Below are positions 52,800 through 64,000 of a stretch of 64,000 nt of DNA, in pieces. Within the stretch, counting starts at the first letter, position 1. Every line of letters starts with the position of its first letter. The translations under genes were made by a program, and so were the position numbers. This DNA is from Adineta vaga (lineage: Eukaryota > Animalia > Rotifera): NCBI GenBank assembly GCA_021613535.1, contig CP075496.1:14198001-14262000 (forward strand). Reading direction: 5' to 3'. Under the pieces are notes generated by a model, which did not search any database, had not been told where the DNA came from, and saw only the letters and a list, made by a program, of their open reading frames with translations.

Positions 52800-53795
52800 C
52801 TATGAAAGAATTGTGAAGTAATAGTTTTTTACGAAAACAGGTTCAAGACCTCCACCATAAAGAGTTGGATAAAATACTGTGGTTGCTACACCTTCATGAC
52901 GTTGCACTGTCAAGGTTTGTTTTTTCGAGAAATTTTCACTATTAAAATATAATTCTTTTGGTATTAATGTAAAATCTCTAGGATATTGATCTGCTTTCCA
53001 TTGAATACGAACAGTATCATTTCCATTAACTTTATGTGGTGCACTAGTAAGCCATACTTGAATATCTACAGTTTCACCTGGATATAGATATGTTGCTCCT
53101 GGATCATACTGTATTTGAAACCTTGCATCTGCACATAAACCAGTCCAATTTTGTGGAATTGAATTAAAATATTTTTCATCTGGTTTTCCAATTGATAGGA
53201 CTTTATATTCTGTTGTTTTTTGTACGAGAGCCGCTATGTTATAATCAATACGAGTTGATCGTATAGGTCTATCAGTATTTTTTTCAAAATAAATTTCTTG
53301 ACATGGAACAATCTTTCCATTACTTAGTTCACATGTTTTATTTGAATACCAATAATCTTCATTTTCTTTTGATTGATTTGAATGAATCATTTCATATTTA
53401 AAATCAACATAATTTCTTATTTCAAATGAATCCAAAGCTGTTACCCAATGGTCAGGAAATGTATTAAATGGATTTCCATGACCATCTATAGTATATGTTG
53501 CATACCAACAACCAGGTGGAGGTGGTGGAGTATAAATATATAGTTGAACATAATACTTCGATTGAGGTGAATCAGGAAATGCATACGGTATATGTTTCAT
53601 AGCATAAGCTGAAATATCAGTTGATGAATTATGATCCCACTTCTGAAATGCTCGTTGATTTATTTCATCAACTACCACTAATTTTTTCTCACCATCATAA
53701 TTTTCATTACTATGAAAAGTAATTTGAGAAGGAAAATATGGTTGAGCACATTCTCCCATTGAATAGAATAATATGAAATATAATAAGACCATCAT
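52800..53795 (-). CDS. Secreted 331-aa protein; putative ependymin-like N-domain + Calx-beta/Ig-like C-domain
   Basis: Intronless ORF with signal peptide; QPYFPSQITF, GKPDEKYFNSIP..C, and VWLTSAP..PKELYFNSENF..QTLTV. Confidence 0.7.
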   Translation of the reverse strand: MMVLLYFILFYSMGECAQPYFPSQITFHSNENYDGEKKLVVVDEINQRAFQKWDHNSSTDISAYAMKHIPYAFPDSPQSKYYVQLYIYTPPPPPGCWYATYTIDGHGNPFNTFPDHWVTALDSFEIRNYVDFKYEMIHSNQSKENEDYWYSNKTCELSNGKIVPCQEIYFEKNTDRPIRSTRIDYNIAALVQKTTEYKVLSIGKPDEKYFNSIPQNWTGLCADARFQIQYDPGATYLYPGETVDIQVWLTSAPHKVNGNDTVRIQWKADQYPRDFTLIPKELYFNSENFSKKQTLTVQRHEGVATTVFYPTLYGGGLEPVFVKNYYFTILS

Positions 53796-54414
53796 TGTCT
53801 GGGATATTCAACACTAAATGAAATGAATACTTACCTTTCTAGAGCAATTTTATTCTTCATTTATTTTACTTTGAAAATGATGATTTAGCACGAAAATAAC
53901 GAAGTCATTTATCATCTGTCTCAATTTTCTCATGAAAAATATTTTTTTATCGATCAATTCATATTTCTATATATACTCGGTTATTTTAACCGGAGACAAG
54001 TACCCGATATCTATGAAATGATGAATAAATCGTCAAGTTTTCGATATATTTTACGTTCTGATTTGTTTCTTCATCAATCATGAGAAAAACTAAAGTTCAT
54101 AGTTCAAAAGGTTTTCATTTCAAAGAGTGGGAATGAACCGTATGAAATTAATATAAAAACAGCACGAAACAAAACGTGCAATACAAGATTATTGTAATAT
54201 GAACTTGTCATAGAATTAAAAATAAAATTATCATTTCAATTAGAAAAAACACACGATACACAAATACAAGTGATCAGCAGACACTATGAAAAGGATGATC
54301 TTCACATTGTTTTGAGACATGTTTTTATCGGAATCTACAATAATCACTTCAGATATCTTTCCTCACACAAAATATTATTCCATCAAAACATTGATTTCTA
54401 TATAAAAATACGTT

Positions 54415-55416
54415 ATGGGTATTATCGAGGACTTCTCTTCTACGACTACGATGGTTCAAAATTTTTCATCTATGGATCCAATTGGCAAAACTATTAGTCG
54501 TACATGGATTAAAATTGAATTTTCTCTATTTCTTATCGGTCAAATTCTTGCTATTCCTTGCTATTTATTTGTTATGTATCATATTTTAGCGCATCGAACT
54601 TCTCGACGTGCTTTACATAACCATGTCATAATATTCATGTTATTTTATGGTTTTATTGATTTAACTATTGATTTATCATTAACAATGAGTTATTCATTAT
54701 TAGAATGTGTATCATTCTTTTCTCCTATTGTTTGTCTCATTTGGCAATTTGTTGATTATGGAATATGGTATGGTTCGATTTCTCTTATGTTCTGGGCATC
54801 TGTTGAACGACATATTCTTGTATTTCATTCGAATCTTGTTTGTACACGTCGACGTCGTTTTCTTATTCACTATATTCCATTGATCTTTTTCTCTCTTTAT
54901 ACACCAATATTATATTTTTATTTGATCTTTATTTATCCATGTGATACAGTTTATGATAATACAAGTATTCGTTGTGGTAATGTTTGTTACTTTACCATCG
55001 CTTCAGTTTGGTTTATCTATTATGATACTCTTGCACATTATATTATTCCAGTTCTTTTAATATCTATCTTCAGTGGTATTCTCATCATACGTTTTCTAAA
55101 ACAACGATCACGTTTAAAACAAGCAACAAAATGGCGTCAATGCCGAAAAATGATTGTTCAACTGGCACTTGTTTCGATGTCTTATATTATTTTTGATTTA
55201 CCCTACATTATTATCGTAATTGTTCAATCATCTGGTTATCCACAGTTTGGTAGTGAAATTCTCTCACCCTATATTTCACATCTAGTTTATGTTCCTGCAA
55301 TTATTATACCTTACGGTATTCTTCTATCATTACCTCGATTAAAACAAAAACTACGAGCATTACTTTTTTGGAAAAGATCTAGACGAACGATAGTTCCAGT
55401 GACTATAATTCAGTAG
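54415..55416 (+). CDS. Class A GPCR (rotifer-expanded orphan), intronless
   Basis: 7 TM segments, CLIWQFVD, WASVERH (DRY variant), W..CRKMIVQL. Confidence 0.85.
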   Translation: MGIIEDFSSTTTMVQNFSSMDPIGKTISRTWIKIEFSLFLIGQILAIPCYLFVMYHILAHRTSRRALHNHVIIFMLFYGFIDLTIDLSLTMSYSLLECVSFFSPIVCLIWQFVDYGIWYGSISLMFWASVERHILVFHSNLVCTRRRRFLIHYIPLIFFSLYTPILYFYLIFIYPCDTVYDNTSIRCGNVCYFTIASVWFIYYDTLAHYIIPVLLISIFSGILIIRFLKQRSRLKQATKWRQCRKMIVQLALVSMSYIIFDLPYIIIVIVQSSGYPQFGSEILSPYISHLVYVPAIIIPYGILLSLPRLKQKLRALLFWKRSRRTIVPVTIIQ

Positions 55417-55634
55417 TTTGCAAGACTAATGTTAATGTCATTATTCTTGTAAAATTTATTTGTCAATATAGAATAAATAATTACAAATAAACTCATGCAT
55501 TACACTTCACTCTTACTTATACAAAAAGACTAAATCACTGATTAGAGATTTCTTCATTTGTTTGCGTTTGATACAACTAGAAACACAGAATAATCTTCAT
55601 AAGCATGCATAGTTCTATGAGAAAAACATTTTAC

Positions 55635-57375
55635 ATACTCGATTGAGCGCATCTAATAATTGATCAACTTTATCAGAAAATTGTTCAACTGGACCATAAT
55701 ATTTCGTACGCATTTGAGTCTTTCGTTCGGTTTGATCTTCATTGAGTTTTCTTAAACCTAAAACATATTTTCAATTAATTCTTTGTCATTTCATTTGATT
55801 CTTCATTATACCTATCGATTGTTGAATTCCTTTCTTGAAATAACTTTGCAAAATGTTTCGTTTGTTCATAACGCCAAATATATATTCCAAAACTTGTCCA
55901 TGAAAAAACTATGATTTCAACATTAATATAAGACCAAAATCGTTTGAAACATTTTCATTTCATTTCATTAAAGAATTGTACAAATCAATTCAAACAATGA
56001 TGTAAATACCGAATAGAAATTCAATGGTTCAAACCGAACAGTTGGATTATATAATGTAAATTGAATAATTAAAACACGTATTGGGTTATCGATCCATCCT
56101 AATCGATGAAGTTCTGATAGATTACTTTGAAGATCGAATAAACGTCCACGAAATTCATAGACATAACCATTACCTTCATAACTTCCATGATGACCAATAG
56201 ATAGATATGTAGTTTTATAAGAAAACATGTTTATGTTCGTTAAATGTTTATTCTCTATCGTCTTTGATAAATCTGTTTCTAACATGAACGTAAAATTTGC
56301 ATTACAATCAATTTTTAATTCTACGAATGATTTCAGTTTAGCATACTTAATACATAAATTCGTTAATAAATCAAATTTTTCAGTTCTATTGTTCAAACTA
56401 TCGGTAACATACATATTTCCGCAACTGTCAAAACTAAAAGAATGTGGATAAATTAATTCATTATCTGCTGAATTTCGTGAACTAGAACATCCAACCAAAC
56501 AACGAAAACCATTTGAGTCTGATCCAATAATACGATGATTGGTACTATCAACAATGAAAAGATAATTATCAGCATCAAGAAAAATTACGGTTGGACCGTT
56601 AAGTGTAATTGTAACAATGGCGGATCCATTTCCTACAAGTGTAACTCCATTTAATTGTCCGAATCGAAATAGTTGAATTCGATCATTGTCAGAATCTGCT
56701 ACGTATAAATCAAAATTGATATCAACAAAGATTCCACATGGACTATCAAACATATTTGAAGTGTTTTCAACAGAACCTGTACTAGCAATAACCATGTACT
56801 CATTCGACATCGTTTGTAATGATTTTGAAATAACTTGATGTCGATTAGATACAGAACAATAAAGATTATCACTTGTATCAACAAACACATCATAACATTT
56901 ACTACATGTATACATTACAGGAATACCAATTGTTGAATTTATTGTCCATTTATCAATTTGATCTGTTTGATTGCCACTATCAATATAAATTTCATCTCTT
57001 GTTGTAACAAAGAGACTGTAGGGATTTGAAATGTTATTCGAAATGTTTCTTATCGGTATAAGATTTCTTTCGATCCATATAACAATACGATTGTATTCTG
57101 TATTTGTTATAAAAATCGTGTTGTTTTTATTGATAGGGATATCTAATGGATTTGATCCCACCAAGCTACTATCTGCGAAAGTTATAACATTTGCTTTCCA
57201 CGAGGCATTGAAACAAAAATTCGGTCGATTAAAAGAAAACGCTGAAAAGAAGTATAAATTAAATTATTGAACAAATCTTTTCATTGAATTCGTAAAAAAG
57301 AAGATGAATTAAATCCTCACCTAATGTCTGTTCAATAAGCACTATGAACAACCATATGTACATATGATTATTCAT
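55635..57375 (-). pseudogene. NHL-repeat / polycystin (PKD1-like) gene remnant with large internal deletion
   Basis: Signal exon (ATG 57375), SFNRPNFC..W, NHL repeats (PCGIFVD..LYVADSDNDRIQ), then polycystin-domain YEGNGYVYEF..LHRLGWID..IIQFTLYNP; decayed tail FSDKVDQLLDALNR. Confidence 0.7.
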
Positions 57376-57730
57376 TATCACCGTACAAAGTTGAAGTATT
57401 TGTCGACTTCAACTTGTTCTAGCAAAACTTAATACTTTGAAGAAATCGGTCAAAATGATGATTGTTCACTTTTATATAGAAATTGTTTTCTCATCTTCCG
57501 TTTGAAAAAAAAACGAACCATCGTCATTTTATTCTAATTTCATTTATTAAGAATATTCGAGATTATCTTTTTTCAATAATGTCATTTTGAATGAATGAAT
57601 TGATTTTTGTAAGTTTGTCATAGCAAGTTTATTAAGAATGTTTTAACTAAGATAAATAGAAGAATAAACAATCGAATGAAAATCAACGAAAACGAAAAAG
57701 ATGCAATGTCAAAATTTAGAGTTGTTTTAA

Positions 57731-58309
57731 TTAAAGATCATTATTTCCTCGTTCAATTTTAACGAGTTCAACATCAAAAACAAGTGTAGCACCGCCTGGA
57801 ATATCATTACCAGCACCACGATCTCCATAACCGAGTGATGGAGGAATGACTAATTTACGTTGCTCACCTTCACACATACTAAATATTATATAAATTGTAT
57901 TTTTAATTCTATACTTTTTTTTCAAATAACTTACTTGAGTAAACCTTGATCCCACTAAAATGAAATATTTAGTTAAAATCTAATCTTTTTTTCGATAGAA
58001 TTAAATGAATTTACCCCTTTGATAACTTGACCAGTACCAATAGTGAAAACAAATGGTTCACCACGATCACGACTTGAATCAAATTTTTTTCCATTTGATT
58101 TCAAAGTACCCTAAGAAAGCGAAAGTAAGAGAAAGAAAAATCATCCATGTTCTCTTTACTGTATAATGCATATGAAGACGATCGCCTTTTTTGGATTTTT
58201 GTACACAAGTTTCTGCTTTTTTCTTGATACCAATTTGTAATTTTTCTTCTGCTAATGTATTGACGATGATCATCATCAACAATGCAACAACGATAAAGTA
58301 TTTTGACAT
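57731..58309 (-). CDS. FKBP2: ER peptidyl-prolyl isomerase FKBP2/FKBP13
   Basis: Signal peptide, [17 protein letters not shown]|G..FDSS..GQVIKG|WDQGLL|[19 protein letters not shown]-terminal NNDL; 20-nt exon 57954-57935. Confidence 0.93.
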
Positions 58310-60032
58310 TTTTTCTCTAAAAAGATCTTTGAAATTTAACTAAACAGTGAATCTATGTCCAATATATAATACGAAGAAAAATACACTTTACGATTAGGAT
58401 GCGATAGAAACTGAAATATTTAACTGATGGCATGTATTGAATGGCATATTCTCCTCCACGAATAGAAAATTATTTTTATTCATGTAACGTGCACCAACGT
58501 CCTCTATTGATTCTAAATCTATTGAATTTAAAACCTTTTACCTTCATTTAGAACATTTTCATCATCACCATTCATTCTATATAGTTACATAATAATCTCT
58601 TTCACTTTGTAATTATAACGAACGACTAGAATTGATCAAATCTTTCCTAGCTCATACCGAGTAGAACGAGATAAATGAAATTGTTCTATCGTCAAACACA
58701 CACATGTACATATATGTTGTACAGATTTTATCAATGACGAGAATTTCTTGAGGATGTCGGTCAGGAGGACATAGAAAAAGACTGACCTGTATCTACTGAC
58801 ACTCTCACCCTTGAATTTTCTATAAAATCCAATTTCCAGTTATAGCGAGGTGATGAACAATTTAATTTTGCGGCAAATTCAAACTGATACTATCTTCCTT
58901 CAAAATAAAACTCATCATATACAAGATAGTAAACGTATCGAAACTAAATAAATATTACTAAATTCACTAATAAGATTTAGATAGTGGTAGTATTACTGGT
59001 GTTCAGAGTCGGAAGTATCAAGCTTGAAAGTTGTGTTCAATTATTTAAATAGTAAAATAATTCAACTTTTCTTCTGCACATATCAAATGAGCATCGTAGT
59101 TTTTTTTATTAATATTGCAATGGATTACAAAAAAATTCAATCGTCATCTACTTTAATTACTGATCAAGGAATTAGTGGTATCTTTCAAACGATAATATCC
59201 GCTTTAATCCACTTGAAATAGAGGAATCACCAGCAGTTCGTTCACCTAGAAAATACAAAGGTGGACCTAAGATCTGGGATACATCAGCTTGTTGATGAGA
59301 TATTTCGCCACCATCAATTTGATCGTTGTCAGACAAGCAAGATATGTACCTCTTTGTTATGATAGCACTTGAATCAGTTGCTGATGGTGATGTTGGAGGC
59401 AACAGTGCTGTTGTAGTTTTAATTGATATAATTCTGTTTGATTCTGCTTCTTTCGATTGTCGATAATAGTATTCAACTATTCGATTAGTCAACTATGATC
59501 CTCCGCGAGATACCCTCAAGATGGGTCTAGGCGAGGCAATACCCACATCCCACACCCTATATATCGGATACAATGTGTAAACACGCAGTTAGAAAGAAGA
59601 TCGTGTTCAAATAAAATAGTTCCTATTAACCTAGATCGACAAGAGAGAGAGTGGGAGAGAACGCATGAAATCACAAGATCAGAAAGAAAAGAAACAATAT
59701 GTCACTACATCACATCAACTACCATATTTGAATAGATGCATCAGTCTTTATCTAATACGCACGATTTCAAAAAAGGCATCTTTCCACATTTGAAGTTCAC
59801 AAACATTACCCTTTTTACCGATATTCTATTGAAACTTATTTTTCTCAATCAGCTCGTTAAAAAGTGCTCCGACTTCTTAACGACCGAACTTGATAAACTA
59901 ATGCACATATCACGAATTTATTATATTAAAATAAAATTAGTCCATATCGAGTGAAAATGAGATAAATGAAAATAGAGTATTTCTACTGTTCCGACAATAA
60001 ACACACATATACATCAAAACAAATTGTTTCCT

Positions 60033-61440
60033 TTACACATTTCGTTCATTTGGTTCTTTATAATCCATTTGAAGATAATCAAAAACATCTCTTTCTGATG
60101 TAACTGGTAATGGTTTACTTAATACACCGGTTGATCCAACTTTTTGAATTGAATATTCATTTAATTTATAACCTTTTTCTTGTGCGACAATACGCATTTG
60201 ACGATTTAATTGATCATTTCCAGTAAAATAAAGTAATGCACAATAGTATTGATCACTTGGAAATACTCTATCAAATATCAGAGAATAATTAAAATAGTTT
60301 TTCAAATTAAATCTTGACTTACCTTATATCAATGCGACGATGTAATTTTGTAGCATCTAATTGACAAACACCCTTTATAAAAATGAAAAACTTTAATAAT
60401 AGAAAGAAAATTTTCTTTTAAAACATACCATGAATTTCGAATCTCCAATAGAAATTGTATCCGTTACAAAATGGACTTTTTTTGTTAAAATATCAACTAT
60501 TTTATGGAGAAGTGAAGGTAATTGTGTTGCTGTTGGATGTGTAACTAATACATCAATGTCTGAACTTGCTTTCGCACCTATCAAAATCAAAAATCCTTCA
60601 GAGAATATCTTATAATCAGAAAAACAATATCTTACCTCTTCGATAACTACCAACAATTTCTGCTTTTAATTGATCATCAATCGCTGTAATTTCACGTAAA
60701 ATAAGTGGCTAAAAACACATAAGAAATTCAATATGATTTTCAATAAAATAAATCAACCAATCAGTATTTTCACTTACTTCCATTTGTTTCATTTCATCTC
60801 GAGGGATTTTCTGTTCAAATTCTTCAAGATATTTTAAACCAAGTTGTTGAGTTTTATTTAATAATTGATCACGTTTTGGATGTGCACGTAATTCGTCGAT
60901 TGTTTTGATTTTTTCTTGTTGAACAAGTTTATTTGCATGAGCAGGTCTAAATCAAATATACACGATTTCATATTATAATAAAAGAAACCTCTTCTTCTTA
61001 CCCAACGCCCATCACACGTGTCATTTGTGTAATAGCTGTCCCTGTTTCATCACCTCGATTTGTTTCTAATTTTTTTATTTTTCCCGTTGATAAATATTGT
61101 TCGATTTTTGCCTCAATTTTTTTACCAATACCTTCCTATACGACACATTTATTCATCGAATTTTTATTAGAAAATTAAATATCGATTAACTTACTAATCC
61201 TTTCACATCTTTTATTGTTTCAATTCTATGACTAACTTTAGCAATTGAACTTGCTGCTTTTCGATAAGCATTATATTTATGAATTGCACGTGAGACATTT
61301 TTTTCATATTCACCTAATTCTAATCAAGAAAAACAATCATAAAATATAATAGAAAGAAAGACAAGAAAATTTTAAATACCATTGAGAAAATCGATTAATT
61401 CAGAATTTGGATTGTCAGGAACTTTTCGTTTTGATGCCAT
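60033..61440 (-). CDS. POLB: DNA polymerase beta (family X)
   Basis: [34 protein letters not shown] (lyase Lys), GSYRR|[33 protein letters not shown]; multi-exon. Confidence 0.95.
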
Positions 61441-62228
61441 CGTTAAGAAAAGAAATTATTAAGAAAAATAAACGAACTAAACTTATACATAAACACTCTT
61501 GCTTTTATTTTAGGTAGTATTTCTACTGTAAGGTGCAATGACAACTATTTTGCGTAGCGTAGGTTTTGTCAAATTCCACCAGTCAATCATTGTAAACTGG
61601 ACTTAGTATTCGAAAAAAGATGTCACTCATCGACGATCATTATTGTAATACTTCATACGCTGTATTAGATACTTTCGTTCTTAGCATGAAAGATATGATT
61701 TTTCATTTATAATGACTGCAAGAGTCGATAATGAGTGATAATTCATAACAACGTGACTACCCTTAGGAGATTAATTGTATCGTCCATCATTGCTTTTCGA
61801 ATATGCATAAATCAAACAGTCGTTTGAACAAATCCATTTGCATATTATACTTTTATTCTTAACAGTATTATTGTACATTTACAGGAAGAAAAATGTTTAA
61901 CGTCAATCAATAAGAAGAAAAAGAAAATGAAGGCGAATATTTATTGATAAAAGAAAAAAAAGACTGATGAGATATGATTCTCCTATATTTGTCGACAATG
62001 TATGCACATAAAATATTGTCTTGTTCTCTGACTCCTTCGCTTTTGTTCTTATCGATCTCTCTTTTGATGTTAACGCAGCAGCTGAGAAAGAGAAAAGAAC
62101 GACAAACCCTATCGTTGTATTAAGAATAACAAGAAAAAACTGCAAGTCATTGCAGACACTACAATTGCCATTGCTCTGCTTTTCTTCTCGTAGCAAGTTT
62201 TATAAAATAACACGTTAAGAAAGTAAAC

Positions 62229-62731
62229 ATGGCTGGTGTTGCAAAATTATTCGATGGTCATATTATCAATAGTTCAAATGAAGAAGTTGATCTTAATGAT
62301 GAAAAATACAACGGAAAAGTCATTGGTCTCTACTTTAGTGCACATTGGTATGTTTGAAAAAAAAACTAAAATTATTGACTTTTTTCTTTTCGTTTTTTCG
62401 TAAAAGGTGTCCACCATGTCGTGGGTTTACTCCAATGTTAGTTGAATTCTATAAAACACATGGAAAAGATAAAAATTTCGAAATTATATTTATTAGTTCT
62501 GATCGTGATGAACGAGCATTTAATGAATATTGTAAAGATATGCCTTGGTTAAAATTATTGTACAGTGAACGAAAGAAAAAAGAAGAATTAGGAAAAAAAT
62601 TTCAAATCACTGGTATTCCAACATTACTTTTACTTGATGGAGATTCAGCAGATATTATTTGTAAAGATGCAAGAGATAAAATTCAACATCGAGATCCACG
62701 TGGAGAATCTTTTCCATGGAGAACATTATAA
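62229..62731 (+). CDS. Single-domain nucleoredoxin/tryparedoxin-like thioredoxin (WCPPC)
   Basis: GKVIGLYFSAHW|CPPCRGFTP..FEIIFISSD..MPW..GIPTL; intron 62348-62406. Confidence 0.9.
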
Positions 62732-63280
62732 AATAAAGAGAGAGAAAGAGAGAGGATTTTTAATTCAATTCGAACAACATTTTTGTTTTTTTTCTTCGAC
62801 AAAAATAAAAAAAAGTTACAAAACGACATACAGATTCAAGTGATGAACAAGTTTTTTTTTGGATCTTATATTGTTATCTATATGAAAATAAAATTTTGTT
62901 TCAAGTTAAAAAAATTATCATAACTTCTTCATAATTATACTATGAAATTAAACAAAACACATGAAAGAAAATAGAGTAGGTATTCATATTCATCATCTAC
63001 TCATTTCCTATAGTTTATTCGATTGATTAACTTCGAAGTTTACGAAACGTATTGCAAATAGAAAACGATATTTCTTTTATTCGATGACAGGCCGTTCGAT
63101 CGTATCGAAAAGTCCAAGTAATTTCATATGACGAAAAGAAAAATTCATGAATTATTCGGCCGCTTCTCGATAAACGATAAGGACGTCAAGATCTTTGTTA
63201 ACTATAATCTATATAAAGAGAAAGAACGATCGATGTATCATTTTATATTTAAAAAGAAAAACGACGTAAAGTAAACAAAA

Positions 63281-64000
63281 ATGTGTTCATATGAATCAAT
63301 TAAAACAAGTATTCGTCTTCTTCTTACATCAGCATCAAATGGTTTAAGCTTAGAACAATTAAATGCTGATTATCAATATTATAATCAATCAGAAAATATT
63401 CCTTTTGCAAATTTTGGTTATACATCATTAGTACGTTGAATTCTTATTTCATTATTGTCTCTTATCGTTGTTTATTTTAGTTAAGTTTTATACAAGATAT
63501 GTCTGATATTGCTCAAATTGATTTTAGTCCATCTCCTCCTATTATTTATGGAATTAAATCAAATCATCGAATGAAACGACAATTAATTGTTATTCAACCA
63601 AATAAACAACGTTCATCAAAAGATCTCAAACGACTTGTTCTTAATAATGTCTTGAAAAATACTCATTCAACTGAACATATTATTAAACAATTAACAAATT
63701 TAAATATGAATCAAAAATATTTATTCGAAACTTCATCAGAAAATTGTTCACTCAATCAAATTTTAATGATTCCAATAAATTCTTCAGATCAATGTCAAAT
63801 AATTCGTTATTCAAATGGAAAATTTTATATTACTTGTTTTGAATTCTCTCGAATATTAAATATTCATGAAGATTATATCAATAAAGAAACAGTAAGATGA
63901 ATATTAATATTTGTTTCTATACGTTTTTGTTGTCATTTAAGATGTTTAGTCGTTTACGTATTTATCAATCAAATAAGTTATTTCAAATGCTTCAAAAAGC
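63281..64000 (+). CDS. LOTUS (OST-HTH) domain protein, partial (runs off the window)
   Basis: IRLLLTSASNGLSLEQLNADY..ENIPFANFGYTSL|LSFIQDMSDI, the LOTUS consensus of TDRD5/TDRD7/Oskar; intron 63431-63480. Confidence 0.8.

Noticed and set aside
59172-59560. Athena/Penelope-like retroelement next to telomeric repeats
   Set aside because: No RT motifs visible, and the repeat orientation relative to the short ORF does not fit

Overview
Very AT-rich eukaryotic genomic DNA with short (~45-60 nt) GT-AG introns. Gene content points to a bdelloid rotifer (Rotaria/Adineta-like; inference): lineage-expanded F-box/LRR, NHL, GPCR and nuclear-receptor families, TGTGGG telomere-like motifs, and non-metazoan-type enzymes. 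The ORF track mostly shows exon fragments, so gene models were rebuilt by eye from splice sites. Conserved intron-rich genes (MYPT1/PPP1R12A, PHF14, GID8, BRD8, BRI3, an RBFOX-like RRM gene, CHMP4, CFAP45, FKBP2, POLB, a nucleoredoxin-like gene, a LOTUS-domain gene) sit in dense blocks. These alternate with accessory intervals holding candidate horizontally acquired genes (fungal-type GH3 beta-glucosidase, NTF2/SnoaL-like protein, App1-type phosphatidate phosphatase, purple acid phosphatase relic), pseudogenes, and DNA-transposon relics (MULE, pogo/Tigger, Tc1-like end, palindromic MITEs). No rRNA, tRNA or CRISPR array was recognised. Most notable signals: (i) a dispersed TCTTGAGG(G/A)TGTGGGTGT telomere-like motif at or near mobile-element relics; (ii) an RBFOX/QKI motif cluster around symmetric cassette exons of MYPT1; (iii) a 141-bp exon+intron tandem array building an F-box-LRR gene; (iv) a secreted App1-like phosphatase with an intron inside its catalytic motif; (v) a putative ependymin-like/Calx-beta-like fusion protein. 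All homology calls come from motif recognition, not database searches.
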